A DNA stretch of 64,000 nucleotides from Lama guanicoe. Its lineage: Eukaryota. The DNA lies in NCBI GenBank assembly GCA_013239625.1, contig MU054132.1:434001-498000 (forward strand). Reading direction: 5' to 3'. Within the stretch, counting starts at the first letter, position 1. Every line of letters begins with the position of its first letter. The position numbers were made by a program, and so were the translations under genes. Under the pieces are notes generated by a model that did no database searches, had not been told where the DNA came from, and saw nothing but the letters and a program-made list of their open reading frames with translations. Below, piece by piece: positions 13,955 through 27,157 of the stretch.

Positions 13955-14172
13955 CAGGAGTCATCAAACTATGGCTCATGAACCAGATCTGATCCACTGA
14001 CTATTTTTGTAAATGAAGTTTCACTGGAACGTAGACATGCCTATTCATTTATGTATGGCAGCTTACATAGCAATAGCAGAATTGAATAGTTGTGACAAGA
14101 ACTATTTGACAAGTAAAGCCTAATATATTTATTATCTGGCCTTTTGCAGAAAAGGTTTGCCCACGACCCCTG
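13955..14172. mobile_element. MER58A-like hAT DNA transposon, opposite orientation to the 13552 copy
   Basis: caggagtcatcaaactatggc...tttttgtaaatgaagtttcactggaac...aaaggtttgcccacgacccctg. Confidence 0.75.
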
Positions 14173-14452
14173 ATATCTACAACATTAGATGAAGTCATTG
14201 CCATTCTTCAAAAACACCTTAGTTTTCTCCAAAACAGTCTTGCAAATTAAAGGCACACCTAAACATATCCAAAAAAGATCAAAGTCTAAGGTATGACATA
14301 ACATTTAAAATGTGATTCTGGAAATCCAGCAGCCCTCGAGCTCAGTGAACAACTAGTAAAAACAAGTCTATGACCATAAAACTCTCCTCATGGTGGCAGC
14401 TTCTTCGACCAACTGAAAGCTGACTTGGGGATGCCCACATAGCCCTTCCTAC

Positions 14453-14592
14453 CTTGTGATCACATGGTAGTAGTAAATCTTCCCTTCTGGGTCTCGGGCT
14501 GTCTTCCAGTTGGGAGGTAAGACAATGGTTTTTGGTTTGGGAGGAGATGGTGGTGGTAGATCCAGGAGATTATTTGTCACAACCATTTCAGG
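14453..14592 (-). CDS. SETD2: SETD2 coding exon (exon 17 equivalent, 140 nt); N-terminal part of WW domain
   Basis: tttttag|CCT GAA ATG = PEMVVTNNLLDLPPPSPPKPKTIVLPPNWKTARDPEGKIYYYHVIT(R), a WW signature (LPPNW...GKIYYY); donor AG|gtagga. Confidence 0.98.
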
Positions 14593-15151
14593 CTAAAAAG
14601 AAAGATACACACACACACACAAATTCTTAATCAGTGACATCTCTTTTAATTTGGCTGAAAAGGACAAAAACAGCCTACTTAAGCAATATGTAAAAACATA
14701 TATCAACTTTTTTTTTTTAAGATAAACTGTACCTTTGTATAACCTGGGAAATGGTCAGAGACAGCGTGTATGATGAGCTTTAGGGATCTATCAGAAAATT
14801 GACAGTAGGCTACAAGTTCACCATCCAACAATTCACATTTTAAAATATTCAGCAGCTCATTATCTAAAGTAGTATTTTTCAGCCTTAAAAAAACCAATGC
14901 CAAATGGCATATAACTTCAGGATACTGATTAGCTGAATGGCTTTAGATATAAACAAATATGACAGAATGTTAACATTTATCCATTGTATTTTTTCTGTAC
15001 TTTTATATATGCTCGGAACCTCATATTTATATTTAAAAAATACAGAAATGGATGAACACGATTTATTAGTTTAAATACACTGGAAAATAATTTCTTAAAC
15101 AGTTTAAAAAAATTGAATGCCACATTTTGAAAAACAAAAACCTTATAATCA

Positions 15152-15352
15152 TTGTTACAGATTGAATTATGTTTCCCCAAAATTCCTAATGTTGATGCCC
15201 TAACCCCCAAAGTGACTGTACTTGGAGACAAGACCTTTAAACAGGTAATTAATGCCTTGATCTTAGACTTAGCCTCCAGAACTATGAGAAAATAAATTTC
15301 TGTTGTTTAAGCCACCTAGTCTGTGGTATTTTGTTAAAGCAGCTCTAGTAAA
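15152..15352 (+). mobile_element. MLT1 (MaLR) solo-LTR remnant with internal deletion
   Basis: tgttacagattgaattatgtttccccaaaatt...gcctccagaactatgagaaaataaatttctgttgtttaagccacctagtctgtggtattttgtt. Confidence 0.8.
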
Positions 15353-16245
15353 CTGGTAATATAATCACCATAAGGATATATACTCTTAATTGTTTGTTCT
15401 ATGTAAGCCAATTAATAAAGAAAAAATTTTCCAAATTTACTCGAACAGTTAAGAGGAACCTGAGATCCCAGGCTCAGATAACACATAGCCACTTTTAAGC
15501 AAACACCAGTCTTCCAGCATCACTGCTTTGTGAATAACCCCAATCCCTACTTCACATAGCTGCTTTTTTTTAGAACCTGCTTAAGTTCCACTTCCTCCCT
15601 TCCTGTACTCCTCTATCCAGCCTTTAAAGTGATCTCTGTTCCCTAAGCTTTTGTGTCACTTAAGAATATTCCAAATCATTCAGTATCTACTGAATTACTA
15701 ATCCTTCCCCCACTTGGGAATGATTTTTTTCCCCTCCTCAACTCTATCTGCATCTTTCATGACACTCAATTCTGGCTACTTTTAGTATAATTCAGTGTGT
15801 CCTCAACTCTCTTACTGGATTGTCAGCTTTTAAGGACAGGAATGGAATCTTCTGTTTGTATTCAAAATACCTAGAAGGGTCCAATTCATAGAAAGCTTTC
15901 AAATATCTATTCTAAGTGCACACTATTTTACTCCCTGACTGTTTCACATACAGCCTTTTTATTTTTACTCCATCTCCACTAAATGCCTTACTTGTCTAAG
16001 GCCACCATCACTCACCAGATTGCCACAAGAGCTTTCTCTGGAACTGTCAGTGTTCTAAACTGCTAATCTGGTCACGTTCTCTTAATTTCTCAACAGCTTC
16101 TAGTACCAGTTCCTATTTCCCATTTCATCCAAAAACAACACTTTACCAAGATTTCATCATATCCTTCCATGTATGTTGTAGAATGCCAAAAGCTTCTCTC
16201 CAAAAGCTTCACTGTACATATATAGCATGTACAGTGAAGCACATC

Positions 16246-16301
16246 ATTCAATGCTATAGCCCTAGTCCATGGTATTCAATGCTATAGCCCTAGTCCATGG
16301 T
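16246..16301. repeat. Perfect 28-bp tandem duplication
   Basis: attcaatgctatagccctagtccatggt occurs at 16246-16273 and 16274-16301. Confidence 0.95.
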
Positions 16302-16658
16302 ATCTAGTACAGCATCATACTCTAGTTCTCCACAAATAATGACAGCCAATCTAGAAAATTATTCAGAAATTCATAGCAAAGCATGATATACGATCCGTCA
16401 GTTTAAATTATAAATAAAAAGGATCCTAGAGCAAAGTATATATAAATTAACATAGAGGTAAACGCCAAACAAAATTTTTTTTAATTGAGAAAATTGTTAA
16501 GTAGCATCCTCAGGGTACACAGACACTTGAATGAAATTGGTGACCACAAAAATTAAAGAGTAAAAAAAATTTTTTTAAGCCAAAAACCAAACCAAACGTA
16601 AATCTTCAAGATCAGGTAGATAGCCAGTAAGAGTTTTATCAACTGAAATATTTCTTAC

Positions 16659-16793
16659 TGGCTGTAAGGGCTGAGGCTGTCCTGGTGCAACTATTGTAGT
16701 CACCGCTGCAGCTGGCTGTACCACCACTCCTTGTGGGTGAGCTGTGAAAATCTGTTGTCCCTGGATGTACTGAAGACTTGGCTGAGCATAACT
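16659..16793 (-). CDS. SETD2: SETD2 coding exon (exon 16 equivalent, 135 nt)
   Basis: ttttag|AGT TAT GCT CAG = SYAQPSLQYIQGQQIFTAHPQGVVVQPAAAVTTIVAPGQPQPLQP; donor CCA|gtaaga. Not in the ORF track; translated by hand. Confidence 0.96.
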
Positions 16794-18923
16794 CTAAAAG
16801 ATAAAATAAAGAAATTCATAATTCATACTTTTCTAGCTCTAATAAAGCAGTATTTGACTTTCAAGTTGGCATAAATCTTACTGGAAGATGCATCCATTAA
16901 TTTTCTCTTTTTACTTTAAGTGTGAAAATTTTGATACAAATGTGTAAAACAATCTTTTGTTTCAAACACTGAAGTTTTTCTTTTTTTAAATAATTCCTCT
17001 AGTTACTTACTTACTTTGATTTTACTTTATCATAAAAAAATAGAAAAAAAATTCTTGGAGGAGTGCTCATGAAACTTGTCCAACTGTTTAGCTTTCAATG
17101 AGACTTGAGTAACAACTGAAGTGCTCTGCTCCTAGAATATTCAAGAAACAGCTCTATGCAGCTCATTACAGAAAGCCTTTCAACTAACAACTCCTAATAT
17201 ACTAACAGGTTGTTCTGACTGGAAAAGATCAAAGGGAGTGAGTGATACACAGTAAAGGAAGTAAGATCAATTTTTCTTTTTCTTTTTTTTAGCTTTATGT
17301 AGTCTTTATAAGACAGCAGAATTCAGTATATCTAAAATCCTTACCACATAATGATTTACACAGTGCCTTATCAAGCAAAAAGCCTTTTCACATATATTAA
17401 CTCATTTAGTCCTAACCGTCATCAAGGTGGGTGTTTCTTTCTGGAGTTACATAGTAAGTACCACAGCTAGCCAAGACTTAAACCTACTCTGGAATTATTT
17501 CTCATCAATAGAAAAACTGCTTTAAGAAGTTACAAAAATCCCTGAAAACAACTTTGTTGTGTTAAGAGGTGATGACTACCAAGGAGCTGAATAGATATGT
17601 ATCCTGTATTTAAGGACAAATTTTGGCCCTATAAACTGAGATTCTATCAGGTAAAATAATTCATGAGAAGCATTAATTGATAAGCACTCGAAATCCAAAA
17701 TAAAATAATTCCAAATAATACCAGTAAAGATCCAAGGAGTCTGAATAGGTAAATGCAGTTATCCAGGAGATTTCTGGATGAGTAATTACTGGGAAGATAC
17801 ACAGAAGAGGAAAAATACAATACTTGATTCAGTATTCTGAAACAGCTTAGTCTACACAGGTCATAAACCAGGTCAGTACTAACTGTCAAAGGAGAATTCA
17901 GAATAGTATCACAAAGCCTCAGAGAAAAATGTATCCATTAGAAAATGCTTTTGTCTCTAGGTATGTGGATACAAGATGGGAAATCTGTGCAACATCAAAA
18001 GATTTTACAGAAACAATATTATCTCCTCACCTAACTCTGGTTCCAAAGCCTGAATTTTTTTTTCCCAAAACCACTTTTTAACACTGATGTATACCCACAT
18101 AATATCGAACCAGAAGTCAGTACCAAAGGAGAATTAGCAACAAAGATGACCAAATAATGTATAAAAAATTAGAAAGCATACTCTAAAAGGTGAAATACAA
18201 ATAATTCTTGAAGTTCTACTTCAACTTTGATAAAAAAATAAGCCATAAAACAAAATATATTTAACTGGGTTCTATTCTATGATCACCAATTTATCTAGAA
18301 AGTAAGTTTCCAAGGGCCCTGACATGCATAAGAAAGAATCCTGAAAAGTGAATACAAGAGGCAAATTACTGAGCATGTAGGAAGTTATTACATATGTGCT
18401 GGTAATCCTGATTCTTAATAGAAACAGTTTCTGGGAGGGTGAAGAAGACAAATGGGTAAATTGGAATATTCCCAACCCACTAAGCTGAGCATCAAATACT
18501 ACTATGAATCTCAATTTAATTTTTTTCTGACCCCCTCTCCTAGTCTAATCCAGTGGCAAATTCTGTTGGCTCTGCATTATTTATATGTGTGGGTATGTGC
18601 ATCTATATGTATGAGTGTATAAATGTCTGTATAAAAATAAAACCTGATCATTCCTCACATCTCTACTTCTACTGTGCTAGTATAAATGGCCATATTCTCT
18701 TGCTTAGATGATTCAACATTCTTTCAACTGGTTTCCCTACTTTTGCCCTTGACTCCCCCAATCTCTTCACCCAGAACAACCAGAGTGAGCCTCTTAAAAT
18801 ACATCAGATCCTGCTACCCTGCTCTGTTTCAGTGGATTTCCACATTACTCAAGACTAACAGCCAAAATTCTCACGAAGCCCTGACAATGTTCCTCCCCAA
18901 GCTTTGACCTCATTTCCCTACTA

Positions 18924-20562
18924 CAGGCAGACCTTGAAGATACTGTGAGTTCAGTTTCAGAACACTGTATTAAAGCAAATATTACAGTAAAAACTGAGTT
19001 ACATGAATATTTTGTTCCCCAGTGCATATAAAAGTTATGTTTACACTATATGGTAGTCTATTAAGTGTGCAATAGCATTAGGTCTAATAAAACAATGCAC
19101 ATACCTTAATTAAAAAACACTTTGTTGTTAAAAAATGTTAACCATCATCTGAACCTTTAGAAAGTCGTGATCCTTTTGCTGGTCGAGGGTCCTGCCTCAA
19201 TACTGATGGCTGCTGACTGATTGGGGTGGTTATGGCAATTTCTTAAAATAAGCCAACAATGAAGTCAGCCACAGACAAAGCAAGACATTACTCTTGCTTT
19301 CATAGACTATTTCTTTGTACCATTCAATGCTGTTTGATACCACTTTATCTACAATGGAACTGCTTTCAAAATTGGAGTCAATCCTCTCAAAACTGTCTCT
19401 GCTTTATCAACTAAATGTATGTAATATTCTAAATCCTTTGATGTCATTTCAACAATCTTCACAGCATCTTTACCAGGAATAGATTCCATCTCAGAAACCA
19501 CTTTATTTCTTGCTCTTCAGTAAGAACCAACTCCTCATCTGTCCAAATTTCCCTTGAGATTGCAGCTATTCAGTCACATCTTCAGGCCCCACTTCTAATT
19601 TTAATTCATTTGCTATTTCTACCATACCTGCAGTTATTTCTTCCACAGAAGCCTTGAATCCCTCAAAGTCATCCGTTAGAGTTGGAATCAACTAGACCTG
19701 GATAACTTGCTGCAGCTTCTACATCAGCGCTTGCTGCTTCATCTTGTCCTTTGTTATGGAAATAGTTTCTTTCCTTCAACCTCATGCTAAACCTCAAATT
19801 TTACTCTGCAGCTTCCACACCTCTCTCAGTATTTATAGAATTGAAGAGGGTTAGAGCCTGGCTCTGGATTAGGCTCTGGCTTACAGCAATGTTGTCGCTG
19901 GTATGATCTTCTATCCAGACCACTATAACTTTCTCCATATCAGCAATAAGGCTATTTTGCTTTCTTATCATTAGTGTGTTCACTGTAGCAGCACTTTCAA
20001 TTTCCTTCAGGAATTTTTCCTTTGCATTCAAAATTTGGCTAACTGGTGCCAGAGGCCTAGCTTTTGGCCTGTCTTGCCTTTCAACGTGCCTTCCTCATTA
20101 AGCTTTATCATTTCAAAGTTTTGATTTAAAGAGATGTATGATTCTTCCTTTCACTTGAACACTTAGAGGTCACTGTTGGGTTATTAATTAGCCTAATTTT
20201 AATATGTTTTGTCTCAGGGAATAGCAGGTCCCGAGAGGGAGAGAGATGGGAGAATGGCCACTCAGTGGAACAGGCAGGGCACACACAACATTTATCAATT
20301 AAGCTCACTAGCTTATATATGTTCTCACTTCATGGTACCACAAAACGATTACAATAGTAACATGGAAGATTACTGATCACAGCTCACCATAACAAATGTA
20401 ATAATAATGAAAAAGTTTGAAATAGTGCAAAAATGATCAATTTGTGACAGAGACATGAAGTAAGCAAATGCTGTTGGAAAAATGGCGCCAACAGACTTAC
20501 TTAACACACGGTTGCCACAAAATGTCAGTTTGTGAAAAACACAATAAAATGAGGTACGCCTA
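18924..20562 (-). mobile_element. Tigger1 (TcMar-Tigger/pogo) DNA transposon, internally deleted, transposase decayed
   Basis: TA then caggcagacct at the left end and gaggtacgcct at the right (degenerate TIRs); ORF 19801..20031 ([13 protein letters not shown]...[17 protein letters not shown]...[14 protein letters not shown]) is Tigger1 CENP-B-type HTH sequence. Confidence 0.92.
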
Positions 20563-21521
20563 AACTGTCATCACAACTCATTTGGAGAAGGGAGGGCTTG
20601 ATACTTATATCACACATTTTGAATAATAAACATTTAATATACTGATTTTGCAAAAAAAATTTGAAAAGCTAGATCAAAATATCAATTTTGAGAATAACTG
20701 TCATGTATGAAACATATTATCTTCAGAGTGATCAGGAGGTTAAACATCCAAATCTACAACAGAAAAATGCTAGTATTTTGGAGGTTAAAATTCCTTTGAC
20801 CCTCAGTGAAACTAATTCATGGAGAATTTATCTGACAAGATCAGACAGTTAAGTAAAGCTCATCATAGAGACACTTTAAAGGATCTGATTAATGTGAAGT
20901 AAAGCTGTGGTTTCTTTAGCATGAAAATTCTGGCTACAAATGTTGGCTGTGAATAAACTGAAATGGCATTATCTAGCTTGATCTTTCCCTGTATTTAACA
21001 GATAAGGCTTCAGACAAATTTTTACCTGTTTCTAAAATGCAAAGATACATTTAAAGGATAACAATTTATTACCAGGAAGGAATATAACACACATTGAAAA
21101 TAATTCCCAAAGAAAATGCTGAAAACATCTGAACCATATCACTGCCAGCAAAACAAAAACAAAACCCCCCAAAACACCAGAGATTATAATACTCATTTGG
21201 AGACAGAGATTTTGAAACTCAAACTGTCAAAAAGCAAAAGGAAAACGAACATTTTTCAGGGTTCTATAGTACCTACCCAAACCAGCTGACAATCACATGC
21301 CAAAGCCAAAATCAATAACTATGAAAAGGGGAAACTGGTTTGCAGTCCCACTGAAATAATACGAAAGATGTACACATTTGTGAGATATACCCAAATAGTA
21401 GGGGCTTATCAAATCTATCCATTTGCTGGAGGAAAATCTGTTGGAGATTGGCTCTACCCTTCAAGGAACTTGAAATGACACAAATGCTAATTTCTTAAAC
21501 ATAAATCCAGTCTAGAAATAT

Positions 21522-21618
21522 ACATATATTTTTTAAATGAAGGTACTAGGGATTGAACTCAGGACCTTGTGCATGCTAATTAAGCATGCGCTCTACCACT
21601 GAGCTATACCCACACCCC
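21522..21618 (-). mobile_element. tRNA-derived SINE (camelid Vic-1 type)
   Basis: Reverse complement GGGTATAGCTCAGTGGTAGAGCGCATGCTT...GTCCTGAGTTCAATCCCTAGTACC has A and B boxes; TSD ctagaa(a/g)tat. Confidence 0.85.
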
Positions 21619-22864
21619 CTAGAAGTATTTTTAAAATATGACTTCTAATGAAAATTATAAGAGAAACCTGAGAACGTCCAATTTGTTATAGAGGAGAAAA
21701 CGAAATTGTTCTGCTCCCACTTCTAAAAGGAAAAAAATAGCTATTACTTTATATCTGAGTCAATTTTACTCATGTGAAAAATTATAGTCTAAGTCTATAG
21801 TCTAAAAAATCATTTTTTTGAGATTTAATTTAGTATAACTTCTTAAGAATAGGTCATGCATTAAAAATCACAAGACCACCATAAATCATATGGCCTCATT
21901 GAGCTTTTATGTTTAATAAGCAGTAGTGGCAAAAAATGAAAGTCACCTTCTGATAACACATATGCTCCAATGTCAAAGATACTTACTGCATGTGTACACA
22001 CACACACAAGTTTATATTATACCATATCACATACTATTTCACTGTCAAGGTTATCATAACTTGCAAACTCAGCCCATGCTGTATGGTTAATACAAGATTT
22101 GAACAACACAGTCCTCAAGGTTGCCTCTAGGAGATTAGTTACATGGGCCAGACACCAGACAGATGACCTTGACCAGCTGTAATTCACAGCCCAATAATGT
22201 CAATACTCTCAGTATTAAGGTAACTGTATGAGTAACAACTATAACTAAACCTTCAAGGTATATAGTGTTTAAACTTATCATTGTTGATATCCATTATCTC
22301 ATACAAACCTCAACAACTCTGAGTCATTCTGCTCATTTTATAGATGAGAAAACTAAAACTGAAGAATCTAAGTGCCTGTCTCCAGGATACACAGTAAATG
22401 ATGGACTAGGACTCAGAATACACACACTAACAACAAGCTCCACGATTCTCATTACCCAGAGTCCAACATCTCTGATCAAGTAATCTCATAATGAAGGGAA
22501 GGATAGTGTGAACCATCCTCCATTTATCAACTACTTCAGCACAAAAAAAAGCAGGTAAGGGAGTCAATAAATGAGTCCTTGGTAGGAACAGACTGAAAAC
22601 TGGAAGTAAAACTGTAATGAGTCTTAAGGCGATGATCAAACCCTAGAGAAATCTGCTCACTGGGATGGAAAAAATGGATTCTATTTCAGAAGAACAATCA
22701 TATGACCTGTGAGCTCTCTACTACAGAGTCTAATTCTGTAGGAGGCAGAATTAAGCATACCAAACAAAAACAACAAAACCAACAACAAAAAACACTAAGA
22801 AAATTGATACCCAGTGACCAATAATGCCTATTTTCTTACTAACCTTATTTAGCACTGTAACAAA

Positions 22865-22912
22865 TGTATATGTGTATGTATGTACACACACATACACACA
22901 CACACACACAGA
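22865..22912. repeat. Compound (TATG)/(CA)n microsatellite
   Basis: tgtatatgtgtatgtatgtacacacacatacacacacacacacacaga. Confidence 0.85.
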
Positions 22913-23411
22913 GTGATTTAGAAAAATGGTTAAGAATCATGTTACACTGAAAAATATAAAACTTCTAAGTCTTCGAGACTGCAAACACATAAAATACACA
23001 GACGTGGTTAAAGAGGTCATAAAAAATGAAAGCAGTTAATACAGTTAAGGTTTTCAGAATTAAAGCAAGACACTTTAAAAGAGGGGGAAAAAAGCAGGAC
23101 AGTTTGTCAGGGCCTTTTGAATAAAATTTTGATACAGCTTCATCACAAAAATACTAACAAAAGTAAAAATTATATTCCGTTACTTCAATACTAAGTAATA
23201 TGTACAGGAAACATCTCTGGGCATCTGTGCCATCCACAATAATTCACCTTTAAGGAATGATGTCGAATGATGGGAGACACATAGGAATGTGGTAAGGATG
23301 ATGCCTTATATATTCTTCTTCTTCTTTTTTTTTTTTAAGCTTAATGTGTTGGTTTTATTAAAGAAAAAAAGAAAAGAAACTTGATTAAAAAACCACAAAA
23401 AAACACTTCCA

Positions 23412-23515
23412 TGGAGGAGGATATGGCTCAAGTGATAGAGTGCATGCCTAGCATGCACAAGGTCCTGGGTTCAATCCCCAGTACCTCCTCTAAAAATAAA
23501 TAAATAGATGAAACT
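23412..23515 (+). mobile_element. tRNA-derived SINE (Vic-1 type)
   Basis: atatggctcaagtgatagagtgcatgcctagcatgcacaaggtcctgggttcaatccccagtacctcc plus A-rich tail; TSD aaaaacacttcca at 23399-23411 and 23516-23528. Confidence 0.88.
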
Positions 23516-23946
23516 AAAAACACTTCCACAAGTTATTCTCTCTTTCCCTAATCACTGGTTTTGGGAGAAGCCAGCTGGCATGTTGTAGGCAGCCCTACTG
23601 AGTGGTAAGGAACAAGGAATCGAGGCCAGTTAACCACTATGTGAGCGAACATGAAAGTTAATCTTCCATTCTCTGCCTAGCCTTCAGATAACTACAAACC
23701 ACAGTAACAGCTTGACTATAATTTCATAAAAGACTCTGAGCCAGAACCACCCAGCCAAACTGCTTCTGAATACCTGACCCACGGAAACTATGAAATAATA
23801 ATCACTGATATATAAATTTGTGACACAATAGATAACTAGTATATATAAAATTAATCAATATGTAGAAATGATCAATGGCAGGACTTCCCCCTTGCATTAG
23901 GTTTAACATCCCATAAACAGACAAGAGAATTTCCAAAATCAGTTAC

Positions 23947-24616
23947 CTGTACAATTGGTGGAGTTGTCTGTGAATAGGGTGATGTCACACCATAGACAGT
24001 TGGACAAGTCTGTCCTTGATAGTATATGGTTGCTTGAGACTGTGCAGGAGAGTACTGTTGCTGTACACTGACAGACTGTTGGTTTGAATCCCAAACACCA
24101 TAATTCTGTCCCTGGACTGGGCCTGGGGCTGGCACTGGCAAGACGGTGACACTGGAGTCTTGGTGTACCACACCATCACTTTGGGCCACATACTGTGAAC
24201 TGGAAACTTCCACGGGGGCTGCCACATGTGGCACCACTGGCACAGGTGGAGGGGCAGCAAGGGGTTCTGTAGAATGTCCCACCAATGGCTGAGAATGATC
24301 ATAAGGAGCAGGAGAACACACAGGATCCATGCTGGGTGTGGGGAGAAGCACCTTTCCAGCATTAGGATTGCTGGGATCCACATAGGCCTGCATGGGATAA
24401 CCTGGTGGGTAGCCAGCAAAGGGGTGATGAGGGGCATTGTAGCCAAGAGAGTCATAGGGCAGTGGAGATGTCATTCCCAGGTTCTGCATCTGCTGCTGTT
24501 GTTTCTGAGCCTCCCGCTGAGCTACCTCTTGCTCAAACAACTTTCGACGCTCCTCTGTAGAAAGCTTATTGCGGTCTTTAATTCGTACTTTCTTTTTAGA
24601 AGTTGGTGTATCATAT
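23947..24616 (-). CDS. SETD2: SETD2 coding exon (exon 15 equivalent, 670 nt); coiled coil, hnRNP-interacting (SHI) segment, P/Q/Y-rich region
   Basis: ORF 23872..24645: YDTPTSKKKVRIKDRNKLSTEERRKLFEQEVAQREAQKQQQQ...YPPGYPMQAYVDPSNPNAGKVLLPTP...QTTPPIVQ; acceptor tttctag|A, donor CAG|gtaact. Confidence 0.98.
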
Positions 24617-25539
24617 CTAGAAAGAAAATAATAAGAGCACCACAAAAAGTTTTTCCCTATATCATAGACATAGTCAAAGCACTAATAAATGTTATGTCAC
24701 TCAATACTAAATCACTAATCACACCAACTCCAATTTGGCACTGGCCAAAAATCATACTCAAAATTACCTAAGGAGTTTTGCAGACAGGAGAGAACACCAA
24801 GGAAATAAGACACTCAGATGAATATAACAACTTCACTCTTATTCTCACATTTTAGAACTTCAAATTAAAGATATGTGTAGTATCCGAAACAGATTGTCCT
24901 TTATAGTTAAGTTCTGTAATTCTGTAACTACAAATCCTGAAAGTAAAACAAAAGCCAAAATATACTAATAAAAGCTACAGAATGATGGATGTCTGACCAC
25001 ACATATTTATAATAAATATCAACAAAGGTTAGTTAAGTGAAAGATACGCATGTACACATTGAAGTACAGGGCGTTATATTCACATATTCTCCTTTGTGCG
25101 ATACCAAGTATAATATCTTACTGCTAAGCCTAATACCCTGTGATAGTTTTGACACATATCCCCAGTAGGTCCCCAAGAAATCATCAGCTCTAACATTCAC
25201 AAGAAGAAAACAGAGGACTTAAAAGATTCTTTTGTAAAGTTCTATAAACTGAATCAAACTTCTGAGAAAGTGCTCTTGGCAAAAATAAGAAATGACAACT
25301 AATTTCAAGATGTTTCATTGCAAAGAAGTAACAGCTACACAAATACGGGTACAACATTTATCCAAAGAACAAAAAAATACATGGTCTAAAATTCTCTAAG
25401 CTGAAATTTTCTTTAAAGTGTTAGTAGGTGGTAGTACTCTTTCCTGCCTGGCAGAAACAAACGCAAATAGTCTATAGAAGACAGCACCTTAAATCCAGGC
25501 CTCAATGAATTCCCATAGATAAGGTTTTTAAGTTCATTA

Positions 25540-26282
25540 GAAAATAAAATTAGTCCTATTTGCAACATGGATGGACCTAGAGGATATTATGCTAAGTGAA
25601 ATAAGTAAGACAGAGAAAGACAAATACTGTATGATTTATTTTGTATGCGGAATCAAAAAACAAAATAAATGAACAAACAAAACAGAAACAGAGTTATAGA
25701 TACAGGGAACAAGTGGCTGCCAGAGGGGTTGGGGTGTGGTATGTGAGAAAAAAACAGGTGAGGGAGATTAAGAGGTACAAACTTCCAGTTGCAAAATAAA
25801 TGAATCATAGGGTATGAAACGTACAGTGTGGGGAATATAGTCAAAACTTATATAATATCGTTGTAAGGTGTATATCATAACTAGACTTACTGTGGTGATC
25901 ATTTTGGAATGTATAGAAATACTGGATCACTGTATGCTGTGTAACACGAACTAACACAGTGTTGTAGGTCAGTTACACTTCAAAAGCAAACAAACGCATA
26001 GAAGATAAGATAATTACTACAAATATAAAGTACATGATAAATACAATGAACACTGCTGTATTTTATATATAAAAGTTGTTAAGAGAGTAAATCCTGAGTT
26101 CTCATCACAAGGAAAAATATTTTTCCTGTTTCTATAATTTTGTACCTATATGAAATGATAGATGTTCACTAAACTTATTTTGACGATTTCACAATGTTAA
26201 GTCAAATCATTATGCTGTATACTTTAAACTTACACAGTGCTGTATATCAATTACATCTCGATAAAACTGAAAAAATAAAAAT
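25540..26282 (+). mobile_element. L1 3'UTR (L1MA-like, composite)
   Basis: tttgcaacatggatggacctagaggatattatgctaagtgaaataagt...; ends tgtatatcaattacatctcgataaaactgaaaaaa. Confidence 0.8.
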
Positions 26283-27157
26283 AATGTATTTTACATAATG
26301 ATAAAATTATATACACACATAAGTGAGTGAAAAAGACCTTCAAAGACTGCTGATCCTGGAATTATCCAACCCAAAATATTAGAGATGTTCAATATGTTTA
26401 ACAAGAGGCTATCAAAAATATGCATAAGGAACAGGACAATAAAATATTATCAGGCAGATTTGAAAAAGAATCCCATGAAGTGTCTAGAAAGGAAGAAGGA
26501 TGGTAACTAAAACTCAATTATCATACAAAACTGAAATTGCACATACCTGACAACTCAGCAATTCTACTCAAGTACCCAAGAGAAACTTTTGCACACATAC
26601 ATCAAAATAAGAAATAGCAATATACAGAATAGAAAAAGCTTTATAACAAAATATACAGCAAAAATGAATGAACTACGATGAATAAATCTTAGTAATATAG
26701 TACCAAGTAAAAAAAAAAGTACCCTCAAATTAAGAGCAAAATAGTAGCTTTTTCATGAAGTTGAAACTAATATATTTTAAAGAAATATGTATTAGATAAC
26801 ATAAAACTGTATTTTAAAAAGGCAGGCCAGGGTATAATGAACACAGGATGCAAGTTGGTGTTATCCCAAGTAGTAAATACAGGGGATTATATAGGAAGAA
26901 GTTACACAGCTAGATTTATATGATTGTTAATTAAGATCTTAATTTTTATTCTGGGACCTCCAGGGCTCATTACATTATAATAAATATGTGGTGAAGAGAT
27001 CCATGTATAGAAATGCTAAGTGCCATGAACCAAGAAATAACCTAATATCCAATTCAATTTAATTCCCCTAAGATTCATGGTGTGGTTAATCAAGAGATTA
27101 GATCTGAAGACAATTAGTAACTTGGAAGATGATCTTCAAATTCAAAATAATCAATGA

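Noticed and set aside
16246..16301. 28-bp direct repeats, considered as CRISPR-like
   Set aside because: Only two adjacent copies, no spacer, in a mammalian intron.
23412..23490. tRNA-like sequences with A and B boxes (also at 21522, 30004, 59894 and 63386)
   Set aside because: They have poly(A) tails, TSDs and divergent acceptor stems, so they are SINEs, not tRNA genes.
24226..24771. 181-aa plus-strand ORF, and the 156-aa alternative-frame minus ORF at 23985..24455
   Set aside because: Both are shadows of the 670-nt SETD2 exon (antisense or shifted frame), resemble no protein I recognise, and have no independent gene structure.
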